A DNA stretch of 64,000 bases from an uncultured Verrucomicrobiae bacterium (GCA_963756875.1 CAVWPA010000003.1:96001-160000), one strand, 5' to 3'; positions 1-9,632 are shown, counted from the first letter of the stretch. Numbers and translations: made by a program. The notes: generated by a model not told the origin, from the sequence alone.

Positions 1-2
1 GC

Positions 3-1055
3 TTTTACGGCGTGGACCCGGACGCGCACGCGTTCGCGGAATTCATCGTGGCGTATCTCAGCAAGTATGGACGCTGGAACTCGCCCAAGTACGTCTTCGG
101 TGAAAGCTACGGCACTCCTCGCGCCGCTGTGCTGGTGAACCTGCTCGAAAACGAATACAGCCTCGACTTGAACGGCGTCATCATGCTCTCGCAGATCCTA
201 AACTTCGACCTGAGCGTGGATGGACCGGAAAACAATCCCGGAATCGAGTTGCCTTACGTCGTGGCACTGCCGACTTACGCGGCCACCGCCTGGTACCATC
301 ACAAGTTGCCCGGCCCGAATTCTCCCGCCGCGCTCGAATCTTTCCTCAAGGAAGTGGAGGAGTTCGCCATGAAGGACTATGCGAACGCGTTGGCCCAAGG
401 AGCGACTCTGCCGAAAGCCGAGCGCCAGGCCATTGCCGAAAAACTACACGCTTACACCGGCCTTCCCGTCAGCTACATTCTCAAGGCCAATCTGCGCATC
501 GACGGCGGCGAGTTCGAGAAGAACCTCCAGGATGCTACCGACACCACCACCGGCCGGCTCGACACGCGTTTCTCGGGCCCCACCATGGACCCGCTGAGCA
601 AGGAGGCCCAATACGATCCGCAGTCCGCCGCCATCAGCTCCGCCTATGTGTCCGCCTTCAACGACTACGTGAGAAAGACTTTGCACTATGGGCAGGACAA
701 AAAGTTCCTGCCCGAAATTCCGTTGTGGAAGACCTGGAACTTCCAGCACCAGCCGCCGGGGAAAAACCGGCCGCTGCAACAGGCGACCAACACCATGCCG
801 GATTTGGCCAGCGCCATGAAATATAATCCGGACCTTAGAATCCTTCTGACTGGCGGTTATTTCGATCTGGCCACGCCGTTTTACGAAGGCTGGTACGAAA
901 TGCACCACCTGCCCATTCCGGCCCGGCTCCAGGACCACATCCAATATCGCTACTATCAGTCGGGCCACATGGTGTACGCCCATCAGGAATCGCTCAAAGC
1001 CCTCCACGATGACACGGCGGCGTTCGTCCATTCGACCAATCACCCGGGCAAATAA
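3..1055 (+). CDS. Serine carboxypeptidase (S10 family), 5'-truncated by the window edge
   Basis: GESYG nucleophile motif, FDLATP and SGHMVY motifs; frame is open to the window start. Confidence 0.85.
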   Translation, partial: FYGVDPDAHAFAEFIVAYLSKYGRWNSPKYVFGESYGTPRAAVLVNLLENEYSLDLNGVIMLSQILNFDLSVDGPENNPGIELPYVVALPTYAATAWYHHKLPGPNSPAALESFLKEVEEFAMKDYANALAQGATLPKAERQAIAEKLHAYTGLPVSYILKANLRIDGGEFEKNLQDATDTTTGRLDTRFSGPTMDPLSKEAQYDPQSAAISSAYVSAFNDYVRKTLHYGQDKKFLPEIPLWKTWNFQHQPPGKNRPLQQATNTMPDLASAMKYNPDLRILLTGGYFDLATPFYEGWYEMHHLPIPARLQDHIQYRYYQSGHMVYAHQESLKALHDDTAAFVHSTNHPGK

Positions 1056-1223
1056 TCTCCGGATTAAAGTCCCGAATCGGTGCGAGACACCTGGCATTTC
1101 GTCGGCTCCACAGAGTGTCGCCCCACCGGCAGGAGGAGGAATTTGGTTCGACAAATGGTGCGAAATTTCGCAATGAAGGTTCAGGGTTTTTGAGGGCTAA
1201 CAGAAGCTTGCAGCCTAAACCGT

Positions 1224-1646
1224 ATGAACTTGAAAAAATTCCTTATCGCATTCGTTGCCGCCTTCATTTTCATGTTTTTTTGGGGGTGGCTCTTCAACGA
1301 CGTCTTTATGAAAGACGTCTACGCGACCACGGCCAATCTTTGGCGGCCCCAAAACGAAGTGATGAACCGCCTCTACTGGATTGTCATCGGCCAGGCGATT
1401 CTGGCTTTTGCCGTTGTGCTGATCTTTGCCGCCGGCTTCGCTAATGGCGGTGTCGCGGCCGGAATCAAGCTGGGGATCATGCTGGAGATTATGGCATTCG
1501 GCGCGCGCTTAATGATTTACGCGGTGCAACCGTTTCCCGGAAAACTGATTGGGTACATGACGCTGGGCGGGTTCATCGAGATGATCATCACCGGCGCAAT
1601 CATCGGCGCGATTTACAAATCGAGCACCGCGACAACGGGAGCTTGA
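1224..1646 (+). CDS. Small 4-TM membrane protein (DUF1761-like)
   Basis: 140 aa, four hydrophobic segments, ATG start; family assignment tentative. Confidence 0.6.
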   Translation: MNLKKFLIAFVAAFIFMFFWGWLFNDVFMKDVYATTANLWRPQNEVMNRLYWIVIGQAILAFAVVLIFAAGFANGGVAAGIKLGIMLEIMAFGARLMIYAVQPFPGKLIGYMTLGGFIEMIITGAIIGAIYKSSTATTGA

Positions 1647-1720
1647 ATTTCCGCAGGGGAAGCAGCCTGCTTCCCGATGTTAGGTCAGTCGTCTATCGGA
1701 GGTTAAATAGCCTCTTCGAT

Positions 1721-1800
1721 GGCAGGCGATGCGCCTGCCCTACAACGGCTTTTCATCGCTCCAGGAACCATCGCGTTGTAGGGCAAGCGCACCGCTTGCC
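1721..1800. repeat. Inverted pair of GTAG-type REP palindromes
   Basis: ggcaggcgatgcgcctgccctacaac (1721-1746) and gttgtagggcaagcgcaccgcttgcc (1775-1800); a further hairpin gggaagcagcctgcttccc at 1657-1675. Confidence 0.7.
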
Positions 1801-1951
1801 GAACCAAGGGAAGCTGGCAATCTCGAATGCCCGTGGTTTCCACGCGGGAAATTGCTTCCACTTCTTCCGCGCGCGGCGGTATCATCAGATTGAGGAGCGG
1901 CCGCAATACGGTCGACGCGGCATTGAAAAACTCCTCGCACCCCACCCACCA

Positions 1952-2884
1952 ATGCGGATTTTTAATCGGGCTCACGTTCCCTGGTTCTTCTTCGTCGTCG
2001 TCGCAACGCTTATTTCCGTGTGGCTGTACGTCGGAAATTTCGTACCTGAAAAATTACCGGCGGGACTGAGACTGCCTCCGCAACTGGTTCAAAAAGCTTC
2101 CACTCATCGCAGCGTCGGCGGCACGCCGGTCGGTCTGATGTTCGGCGCGATCTCGCTGGCGATTTTTGTTTTCGCAGCGTTTCTCGGTCTTCGCAAGAAA
2201 GTCGTCCTTTGGCGCGTCGGCACCGTGCAACAATGGTTGCGCGCGCACATCTGGCTGAGCTTGCTCACCATTCCTTTGGTCATTCTGCACAGTGGTTTTC
2301 GCTTCGGCGGCCCAATGACCACGCTGCTCATGGTTCTTTACGCCATCGTCATGGTCAGCGGGATCTACGGGCTCGCCCTCCAACATCAGTTGCCGCGGAT
2401 CATGAAAGAGCGTTTGCCGACGGAAACCGTTTTCGAACAAATTCCGTATATCCGTGCTCAACTTCACGCTGCCGCGGCAAAGATGCGCGATTCAATTAAA
2501 GCGGCGACACTGGCGCAAACCGCAGTTGCGGTTGCCGACCGGGAATCGGCGCCAGCCGTCGACACTGCATCGGAAACGGCTTTCCTCGATTTTCTCGACC
2601 AGCAGGTCCTTCCCTATCTGGCTGCCCGGCGAGGCGACAAATTTCGTCTCAACGACACCCACTATTCGGAAGATTTGTTTCGGTTCGTTAAACTGCGCGT
2701 GGCGGACGAGTATCGCGACCGCGTCGAAGAAATTCAGGCGTGGTGCGATCAGCGACGAGTGCTCGACTTGCAGACCAGGCTGCAACACTGGCTGCATGGC
2801 TGGCTTTTTGTGCACGTGCCGATTTCGTTCCTGCTTATCATGCTGACCGCATGGCATGCTTACGCCACGCTTTTTTATTATTGA
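1952..2884 (+). CDS. Integral membrane protein, probable di-heme cytochrome b / ferric-reductase-like TM domain
   Basis: Start moved to ATG 1952 (MRIFNRAHVPW) because the upstream part of the ORF is REP sequence; two TM helices each carry H-x13-H (HIWLSLLTIPLVILH, HVPISFLLIMLTAWH). Confidence 0.7.
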   Translation: MRIFNRAHVPWFFFVVVATLISVWLYVGNFVPEKLPAGLRLPPQLVQKASTHRSVGGTPVGLMFGAISLAIFVFAAFLGLRKKVVLWRVGTVQQWLRAHIWLSLLTIPLVILHSGFRFGGPMTTLLMVLYAIVMVSGIYGLALQHQLPRIMKERLPTETVFEQIPYIRAQLHAAAAKMRDSIKAATLAQTAVAVADRESAPAVDTASETAFLDFLDQQVLPYLAARRGDKFRLNDTHYSEDLFRFVKLRVADEYRDRVEEIQAWCDQRRVLDLQTRLQHWLHGWLFVHVPISFLLIMLTAWHAYATLFYY

Positions 2885-2916
2885 TGCAAACGCGCCGCAT
2901 ACATTGAGCGCCTGCC

Positions 2917-4360
2917 ATGGCCGAGCCGCGTCGAACGCAGAAACAGATTTCCGAACGCTACCGGGGCAACCTCGGTTACTACAACAGACTGCGTTCCTGG
3001 GTGCGGGCGCGCTTCATTGTCAGCTTATTGGCCGTCCTCGCCGGCCTCTTCGCCATCTTTCTCTTCCAACGACACGGACACGAAACATTCTTCAACCCCG
3101 GAAAGATTTCCACGCCGCATGCAAAGTTCGCGGACAACTGCGCGAAGTGTCACGACCAATCGTTGATGACAGGGGGCCCGCTCACTCCTGCGAAATTCAA
3201 GCAAGTTGTAAGCGATCGGTTCCATTCAGGAATCGCCTTTGGTCCGATCGACAGGAAATGCGAAGCCTGTCATACGCACCACGTTTTGCACGAGCCGGAC
3301 GTGGTCCAAAACCGCTCCTGTTCCGCGTGCCATCAGGAACACCGGGGCCTGCAGTCATTGACGCGGGTCGCGAGCTCGAATTGCGCGTCCTGCCACAACA
3401 ACAGCGCGACAATGGAAGCCTCATCGCAAAAAGGGATGCAGTTGAACTGGGCGAATTTCCATCGGCACCCTCATTCAAAACGACAGGTGGTGTTCGATTT
3501 GCCGCGGCCGCCCCGGGGTTACACGCAAACGTTTCCCTCGTTCTGGAATGGTCATCCGGAGTTTCAACTGGACCGCGAGAAGGTGCGCGACCCGGACGTG
3601 CTTCGTTTCAATCATCAACGCCATTTCGCCAGCGACATTCCGCCCGTGAACGGAAAGAAACTCGACTGCGCGTATTGTCACCAGCCTGATCTGGACGGTC
3701 GCTATTATCAGCGGATTACTTTCGCGTCGAACTGCCAGACGTGTCATTCGCTTCAGTTCGATCCAAAAAATCCCGAGCTGACTTTACCGCACGGCAGCGC
3801 CGCAGCGGTCCGCGCGTTTCTGCGCACGCTTCCGACGCAATATGCCGAGCTTGCCGTGAAAAAGGGGATCACACGGCAAAGCGATATTCGCAGCTTCGTC
3901 GCCAAACAAATGACGCAGCTCCGGGACCGGGTGCGTACAGGGCGAAAACCTGGAGCACGAAGTATTCTTTACAACCGATCCTTACAAACTACCGGCGGCG
4001 AACGCGCCGCGGATGCGGGCCTCATTTTACGGCTGCGCTTTTTGTCACGAAGTGAAGCCGGTTGCGAACGCCGCGGCGATCATTACAAAACCGATTTTGG
4101 TCGATCGCTGGATGCCGCAGGCAAAATTCAATCACTCCAAACATCAGACCGATCCGAACACGCAAAAGCCGCTCGATTGCAACGTTTGCCATCACGCCGC
4201 GCAAAGCCGCGAAACGTCCGACGTACTGATGCCTGCGAAAGCAACTTGCGTCATCTGTCACAGCCCGCAGGGAAAAGTGGTGGCTGAATGCACCACCTGC
4301 CACACCTATCACGCCGCCGCCGCTGTAACGACACGCGAGATGTTGCTAGATCAAAGATAG
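2917..4360 (+). CDS. Membrane-anchored multiheme (10 CxxCH) cytochrome c, split by a 1-nt insertion at ~3941
   Basis: N-terminal TM helix; CAKCH, CEACH, CSACH, CASCH, CAYCH, CQTCH, then in the shifted frame (...RTGENLEHEVFFTTDPY...) CAFCH, CNVCH, CVICH, CTTCH; ~480 aa when repaired. Confidence 0.85.
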
Positions 4361-4369
4361 CGGCGGCGG

Positions 4370-4503
4370 AAAATCCCAAATTCCAAACCCCAGGCACCAG
4401 GAAAGCTCCAAATCTCAAGCTCCAATTCGTTCAGCGCATCGCCGCTATTTGGGATTTGATTATTGGAATTTCCCTGGAGCTTGGGGTTTGGTGCTTGGTG
4501 CTT
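4370..4503. repeat. Inverted repeat with 7-nt periodic arms (AAATCCC/AAATTCC/AAGCTCC type)
   Basis: aaatcccaaattccaaaccccaggcaccagg... versus ...ttgggatttg...ttggggtttggtgcttggtgctt; related arm at ~56237-56320. Confidence 0.7.
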
Positions 4504-4512
4504 CAATCGACC

Positions 4513-5571
4513 ATGCCTGCGAATAGAACTCCCGCTCAGTTCGGTTATCGCATGCCCGCCGAATGGGAGCCGCACGCAGCCACGTGGCTCTCCTGGCCCA
4601 GGCGCGAAGGCATCAGTTTTCCCGGATCGTTCGACCGGGTCATGCCAACTCTGCGCGAAATGGTGGCGGCGCTGATCGATAACCGCCAGTCCGGCTCGGA
4701 CCCGGTGTGCATCAACGTTTGCAATGGCGCGCACGAAGCGGAAGCGCGCGCCGTGCTCGACGGCTTGCCGCAGGAATGCATTACCTACTACGAAATCCCC
4801 ACTGACGAACCGTGGTGCCGCGATCACGGTCCAATTTTTTTAACACGGAATGCCGATCCCAAACTGGCGGTCGTCGATTGGGATTACAACGCGTGGGGAA
4901 ACAAATATCCGCCGTTTGCGCTCGATGAAGTTGTGCCGACGCGCGTCGCCGAGATTCTCCGCGTGCCCGTTTTTTACCCGCACATGATCCTGGAAGGCGG
5001 CTCCATCGAAGTGAACGGCGGGGGCGTGCTACTGACCAGCGAATCGTGTTTGCTCAACAAAAATCGAAACGCCAGGCTCTCGCAGGCTGAAATCGAACAG
5101 CGTCTTCGCGACTTCCTCGGTGTGCGTGAAATCCTCTGGCTGGGCGACGGCATTGCGGGCGACGATACCGACGGGCACATCGATGATCTTGCGCGGTTTG
5201 TTTCGGAACGAAAAGTCGTGACTGTCGTCGAAGAAAATCGCGACGACGAAAATTACGAGCCGCTTCAGGAAAATTTCGAGCGATTGAAGAAGATAAAGAT
5301 TCGCGATCGGCCGATCGAAATTCTTACCTTGCCAATGCCGAAGAAGATTGTGCGTGAAGGACTGCGCCTTCCGGCCTCCTACGCAAACTTTTACATCGCG
5401 AATTCGTGTGTGCTTGTGCCGACCTTCGGCGATCCGGCGGATGAGCCCGCGTTATCGACATTGCGCAAATGTTTTCCGGACCGGCGCATCGTCGGGATCG
5501 ATTGCCGGGAATTAATCTGGGGCCTGGGCACGTTTCACTGCCTGACGCAGCAGCAACCGGCGGTGAAGTAA
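4513..5571 (+). CDS. aguA: Agmatine deiminase (peptidyl-arginine deiminase family)
   Basis: MPAEWEPH, WCRDHGP, LEGGSI, DTDGHIDD, ASYANFY, GTFHCLTQQQP motifs; start at ATG 4513. Confidence 0.88.
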   Translation: MPANRTPAQFGYRMPAEWEPHAATWLSWPRREGISFPGSFDRVMPTLREMVAALIDNRQSGSDPVCINVCNGAHEAEARAVLDGLPQECITYYEIPTDEPWCRDHGPIFLTRNADPKLAVVDWDYNAWGNKYPPFALDEVVPTRVAEILRVPVFYPHMILEGGSIEVNGGGVLLTSESCLLNKNRNARLSQAEIEQRLRDFLGVREILWLGDGIAGDDTDGHIDDLARFVSERKVVTVVEENRDDENYEPLQENFERLKKIKIRDRPIEILTLPMPKKIVREGLRLPASYANFYIANSCVLVPTFGDPADEPALSTLRKCFPDRRIVGIDCRELIWGLGTFHCLTQQQPAVK

Positions 5572-5682
5572 GAAAACGCCCAACGCTGAACGTCCAACGC
5601 CCAATGTCGAATTCAGAAGCTCTGTTTTCGAGATTCGATGTTGGGCGCCTGCTCGCGAAGACTTTCGGAGTTCGGCGTTTTC
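5572..5682. repeat. Inverted repeat with 7-nt periodic arms (AACGTCC/AACGCCC type), carrying a nested 24-nt insert
   Basis: gaaaacgcccaacgctgaacgtccaacgcccaat ... gatgttgggcg[insert]ttcggcgttttc. Confidence 0.7.
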
Positions 5683-5687
5683 CGTCC

Positions 5688-5981
5688 TCAGTCGATCCTC
5701 GCCGCGGGTTTATAGCCGCTCTTCAGAATCGCGTCGTGCAGATCGGGCGCGTGCGTTTTGCGCGCATCGAATGTCACGACTACGCGCGCGTTTCCCGGAT
5801 CGACTTTTACGTCGCAGACGCCTTCAATTTTTAAAAGCGGCTTGCTCAATTTTCGTACGCATTCCTCGCAATCTTCGCCTTCGGTTGCGATCTCGATGGT
5901 TTCTAAAACAACGTGATCGGCCCGCCCGGGGTTGAACGGATCTGCTGGATCGGGCTCGTTTGGTCTGGCTGGGTCCATCAC
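5688..5981 (-). CDS. Heavy-metal-associated (HMA) domain protein
   Basis: DCEEC metal-binding motif followed by IEGV..VKVD...V.VTFD...L..AI..SGY HMA pattern. Confidence 0.75.
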   Translation of the reverse strand: MMDPARPNEPDPADPFNPGRADHVVLETIEIATEGEDCEECVRKLSKPLLKIEGVCDVKVDPGNARVVVTFDARKTHAPDLHDAILKSGYKPAARID

Positions 5982-6716
5982 TTATTTAACGTTTTTCGCC
6001 GGCTCGCTGGCCGTCTGGTGCACAATACGCCTCGTGGCACCGGCTTCCAGCCGATTCGTTGGCAGGATGCCAATGCCACTGTGGGACGTTGCGGTTGAGA
6101 CTTCTCGCGCGATTGGTTCAAGAACGCGCCAGACATTCTCCGCCAGAATCTTGTGCCCGGCGGCGTTCGGATGGATCCCATCAGGCAAATTCAACGACGG
6201 ATCGCCGGCCACGTCTGCGAGTAAATAAGGCACCAGCGCGGCCTGATCTTTCGCGGCAAGTTCGGAATAGATTTTTCCGAACTCAAAAACATAATCGTCG
6301 GCCCTGTAATCCGGCAGCTGCATCCCACAAAGGATGACGCGGACGTTCGGGTCCCGCGCTTTTACCTTGTCGATGATTGTCTGCAGATTGCTTCGAATTT
6401 GGGAAATTGGCACTCCGCGGAACGCGTCATTGACGCCCAGTTCGAGAATAAAGATGTCGATTTTATGTTTGAGATGTGCGGGCAACCGGCGCAAACCACC
6501 TTCGGTCGTGCCACCGCTCTGGCTGGCATTGATCACCTGAAAGCTCAATCCCGCTGCGCGCAATTTTTTCGTGAGAAGCGCGGGATAAGCCTGGCTCGAT
6601 TTTAGCCCAATGCCTTCTGATAAACTGTCGCCGAGGACAAGGATCCTTTTCATCGGCGAGGCCGCAAGGGTCTGCGCGAAGAACAACGCCAGGAGCAACG
6701 CGATAGCCCGCTTCAT
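5982..6716 (-). CDS. GDSL/SGNH arylesterase (TesA-like), secreted
   Basis: Signal peptide from ATG 6716; GDSL, ELGVND and DGIHPN motifs; C-terminal tail overlaps a REP at 6034-6079. Confidence 0.85.
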   Translation of the reverse strand: MKRAIALLLALFFAQTLAASPMKRILVLGDSLSEGIGLKSSQAYPALLTKKLRAAGLSFQVINASQSGGTTEGGLRRLPAHLKHKIDIFILELGVNDAFRGVPISQIRSNLQTIIDKVKARDPNVRVILCGMQLPDYRADDYVFEFGKIYSELAAKDQAALVPYLLADVAGDPSLNLPDGIHPNAAGHKILAENVWRVLEPIAREVSTATSHSGIGILPTNRLEAGATRRIVHQTASEPAKNVK

Positions 6717-6720
6717 CACA

Positions 6721-6812
6721 GAAAACGTCCAGCGCCCGACGCTCAACGTCCAACGTTCAATGGTTATGAATTGCAAGTTGAGCGTTGGGCGTTGAGCGTC
6801 GAAAGTTGAGGT
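6721..6812. repeat. Inverted repeat with 7-nt periodic arms (AACGTCC type)
   Basis: gaaaacgtccagcgcccgacgctcaacgtccaacgttcaat ... ttgagcgttgggcgttgagcgtcgaaagttg. Confidence 0.7.
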
Positions 6813-6848
6813 CCGCGGTTTCAACCTTCAACTCTTAGACCCTAACTT

Positions 6849-7850
6849 ATGGCAAACTACGCAATTAACGGCTTTGGGCGCATCGGACGCAATGTCCTGC
6901 GCGCCATGACGCAAAAACAAGTCGAGCGCGTGCGCGCGATCAACGATCTCACCGATACCCATACTCTGGCGCACCTCCTCAAATGGGACTCGATACATGG
7001 CAAATTCGACGGCGAGATCGCTTACGATGACGAAAACATCATCGTGCGCGGTCACAAAATTAAAATCTTCAAAGAGCGCGACCCGGCGGCCCTGCCCTGG
7101 AAACAATTGGGAGTCGATGTGGTACTGGAATCGACCGGTTTCTTCACCAGCCGCGACAAGGCGGAGTTGCACCTGAGCAAAGCCGGCGCAAAACGCGTGC
7201 TTATTTCCGCGCCGGCGAAAAATCCGGATGCCACGATTTGCATGGGGATCAACGACGACATTTACGATCCGGCGAAACACACGGTGGTTTCAAATGCGAG
7301 CTGCACGACTAATTGCCTCGCGCCGATGGCCAAAGTACTGAACGACAAATTCGGGATCGAGCGCGGATTCATGAGCACGATCCACAGCTACACAAACGAC
7401 CAGCGCATTCTCGATTTTCCGCACAGCGACTTGCGGCGCGCGCGGGCGGCGGCGATAAACATCATTCCATCGAGCACCGGCGCGGCGAAAGCCATCGGCG
7501 AAGTGATTCCGCAACTGAAAGGAAAGTTGAATGGCGGCGCGTTTCGCGTGCCGACGCCGGACGGATCGGTGACCGATTTCACCGTTGTGCTGGCGAAGGA
7601 TGCGAGCGTCGACGCGGTGAACGCAGCGTTCAAGGAAGCCGCGTCGGCCAAGAGCTACAAAGGCGTGCTCGAATACAGCGATGAGCCTCTCGTTTCCCAG
7701 GACATCGTAGGCAACCCGCATTCCTGCATTTTCGACAGCAAACTGACGATCACGCTCGGCGAGCGTTTCGTGAAGGTGGTCGGCTGGTACGACAACGAAT
7801 GGGGCTATAGCAATCGCTGTGTGGAGATGCTCGAGATGCTGGGGGGGTAG
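6849..7850 (+). CDS. gap: Glyceraldehyde-3-phosphate dehydrogenase
   Basis: INGFGRIGR, SNASCTTNCLAP, WYDNEWGYS. Confidence 0.97.
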   Translation: MANYAINGFGRIGRNVLRAMTQKQVERVRAINDLTDTHTLAHLLKWDSIHGKFDGEIAYDDENIIVRGHKIKIFKERDPAALPWKQLGVDVVLESTGFFTSRDKAELHLSKAGAKRVLISAPAKNPDATICMGINDDIYDPAKHTVVSNASCTTNCLAPMAKVLNDKFGIERGFMSTIHSYTNDQRILDFPHSDLRRARAAAINIIPSSTGAAKAIGEVIPQLKGKLNGGAFRVPTPDGSVTDFTVVLAKDASVDAVNAAFKEAASAKSYKGVLEYSDEPLVSQDIVGNPHSCIFDSKLTITLGERFVKVVGWYDNEWGYSNRCVEMLEMLGG

Positions 7851-7891
7851 GGAGTCTTGATCATGCTCATGCTCCTGATCATGATCGAGTA

Positions 7892-8323
7892 ATGAAAAGC
7901 TACTTCGATCACGAAAAACTGGATGTATATCAGCAATCGATCGCGTTCTGCGGATGGGTGGGCGATTTTATCAACGCAATTTCGAGCAAGGCTGCCGCGA
8001 AAGATCAACTCGACCGCGCGTCCACGAGCATCCCGCTGAACATCGCGGAGGCAAATGGCAAGTTCTCGGATGCCGATCGGGCGCGATTTCTCGAGATTGG
8101 TCGCGGCTCTGCTCTGGAATGCGCGGCCTGCCTGGATGTGCTAGTTGCAAGACAGCTCGCTGCCGCAGATCAAATTGTTCCCGCAAAACAACAGCTTGTC
8201 GGCATTGTAAACATGCTCATGGGCCTGCTGAAGCGGTTCTCCAGTCGCGCGGAGTTTTTGCGTGAGGATGATCCTGGATACCGGATCGATCAGGATCAGG
8301 ATCAGGATCAAGAGCATGAATAA
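7892..8323 (+). CDS. Four-helix-bundle protein (23S rRNA-IVS protein / Avd-like family)
   Basis: EKLDVYQ, DQL.RAS.SI.LNIAE..G, RFL.I.RGSA.E pattern; flanked by inverted hexamer arrays at 7855-7888 and 8286-8319. Confidence 0.85.
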   Translation: MKSYFDHEKLDVYQQSIAFCGWVGDFINAISSKAAAKDQLDRASTSIPLNIAEANGKFSDADRARFLEIGRGSALECAACLDVLVARQLAAADQIVPAKQQLVGIVNMLMGLLKRFSSRAEFLREDDPGYRIDQDQDQDQEHE

Positions 8324-8338
8324 CAGCCCTCGCCGAAA

Positions 8339-9550
8339 ATGAAACTTTCGATCCGTGACGTCGATGTTCGCGGCAAGCGCGTCCTTGTCCGCGTCGATTT
8401 CAATGTGCCGATCGCGGAGCGCGACGGAAAAATCACGATCACCGACGACACGCGGATTCGCGAAAGTTTGCCGACCATCAATTATCTGCGGGAACACCGC
8501 GCCAGGACGATTTTGATGTCGCATCTTGGGCGGCCAAAAGGAAAACGTGTCGACAAATATACGCTGCGGCCCATTGCCGACCATTTGCACGCGCTGATCG
8601 ATCAACCGGTGATTTTCAGTCACGACACGCTGGGCGAAGTGCCGCAACAAATTATCGAGCACATGCAGGAAGGCGATGTGGCCCTGCTTCAAAATTTGCG
8701 CTTCCAGCCCGGAGAAGAAGCCAACGATCCAAAGTTCGCCGAAGCACTTGCGAAATTCGGCGATATCTACGTGAACGACGCCTTCGGCGCGGCGCATCGC
8801 GCGCATGCATCGACTACGGGTGTCACGAAATTCATCAAAACATGCGCGATGGGTTTCCTAATGGAGAAGGAACTGAAATATCTCCACGAAGAACTTGATC
8901 GCCCTGCCAAACCGTTCCTCGTCATCATGGGCGGCGCGAAGGTATCGGACAAGATTGGCGTTCTTAAAGCGCTCATGGAAAAGGCAGACACAATTCTGAT
9001 CGGCGGCGCGATGGCGAACACGTTTTTCAAGGCGCAGGGGATTCCGATTGGAGCAAGTCGCGTTGAAGCGGATAAAACCGGTCTGGCAAACGAACTGATC
9101 GAGCTTGCCACAAAGCGCGGTGTGAAGTTGGTCCTGCCGGTCGATGTTTTGGAAGCGAAGGATATTCGCACTGGCGCGGAAACACGGAATACGCCGCGTT
9201 TGTCGCCGCAGAAAGGGATCGACGATGGCTGGCAGGCAGTCGATGCCGGCAGTGCGACCATTGCGCTCTTCCGGGAGGAAATCGCAAAAGCCAAAACGAT
9301 TTTATGGAACGGGCCGCTCGGGATTTTTGAAATCCCGGATTTCGGGCGTGGCACAACCGCGATTGCCGAAGCCATGGCAAAATCGAATGCGACTACGATC
9401 ATCGGCGGCGGCGACTCGGTGACCGCGGTAAAGCAGGCCGGGCTCGCAGACAAAATGACATTCATCTCGACCGGCGGCGGCGCGTCGCTGGAATTACTCG
9501 AAGGAAAAGAGTTGCCCGGCGTCGCGGCGCTAACGGACAAGAAATCATGA
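8339..9550 (+). CDS. pgk: Phosphoglycerate kinase
   Basis: RVDFNVP, SHLGRP, NDAFGAAHRAHAS, GGAKVSDK, STGGGASLE. Confidence 0.97.
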   Translation: MKLSIRDVDVRGKRVLVRVDFNVPIAERDGKITITDDTRIRESLPTINYLREHRARTILMSHLGRPKGKRVDKYTLRPIADHLHALIDQPVIFSHDTLGEVPQQIIEHMQEGDVALLQNLRFQPGEEANDPKFAEALAKFGDIYVNDAFGAAHRAHASTTGVTKFIKTCAMGFLMEKELKYLHEELDRPAKPFLVIMGGAKVSDKIGVLKALMEKADTILIGGAMANTFFKAQGIPIGASRVEADKTGLANELIELATKRGVKLVLPVDVLEAKDIRTGAETRNTPRLSPQKGIDDGWQAVDAGSATIALFREEIAKAKTILWNGPLGIFEIPDFGRGTTAIAEAMAKSNATTIIGGGDSVTAVKQAGLADKMTFISTGGGASLELLEGKELPGVAALTDKKS

Positions 9551-9565
9551 AAATAACAGGTGCGC

Positions 9566-9617
9566 TTGCAGGGCGTCTGTGTCAGACGCCTTGGCGTTTC
9601 ACAGAAACGCCCTACAA
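9566..9617. repeat. GTAG-type REP doublet
   Basis: ttgcagggcgtctgtgtcagacgcc ... ggcgtttcacagaaacgccctacaa. Confidence 0.6.
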
Positions 9618-9632
9618 TGAGGCGGACGTTTC

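Noticed and set aside
1643..1951. N-terminal extensions of ORFs 1643, 4288, 6824, 16851, 29451 and 56406
   Set aside because: They translate intergenic repeats or neighbouring genes; better starts lie downstream
7892..8323. Avd of a diversity-generating retroelement
   Set aside because: No reverse transcriptase and no TR/VR pair seen in the window
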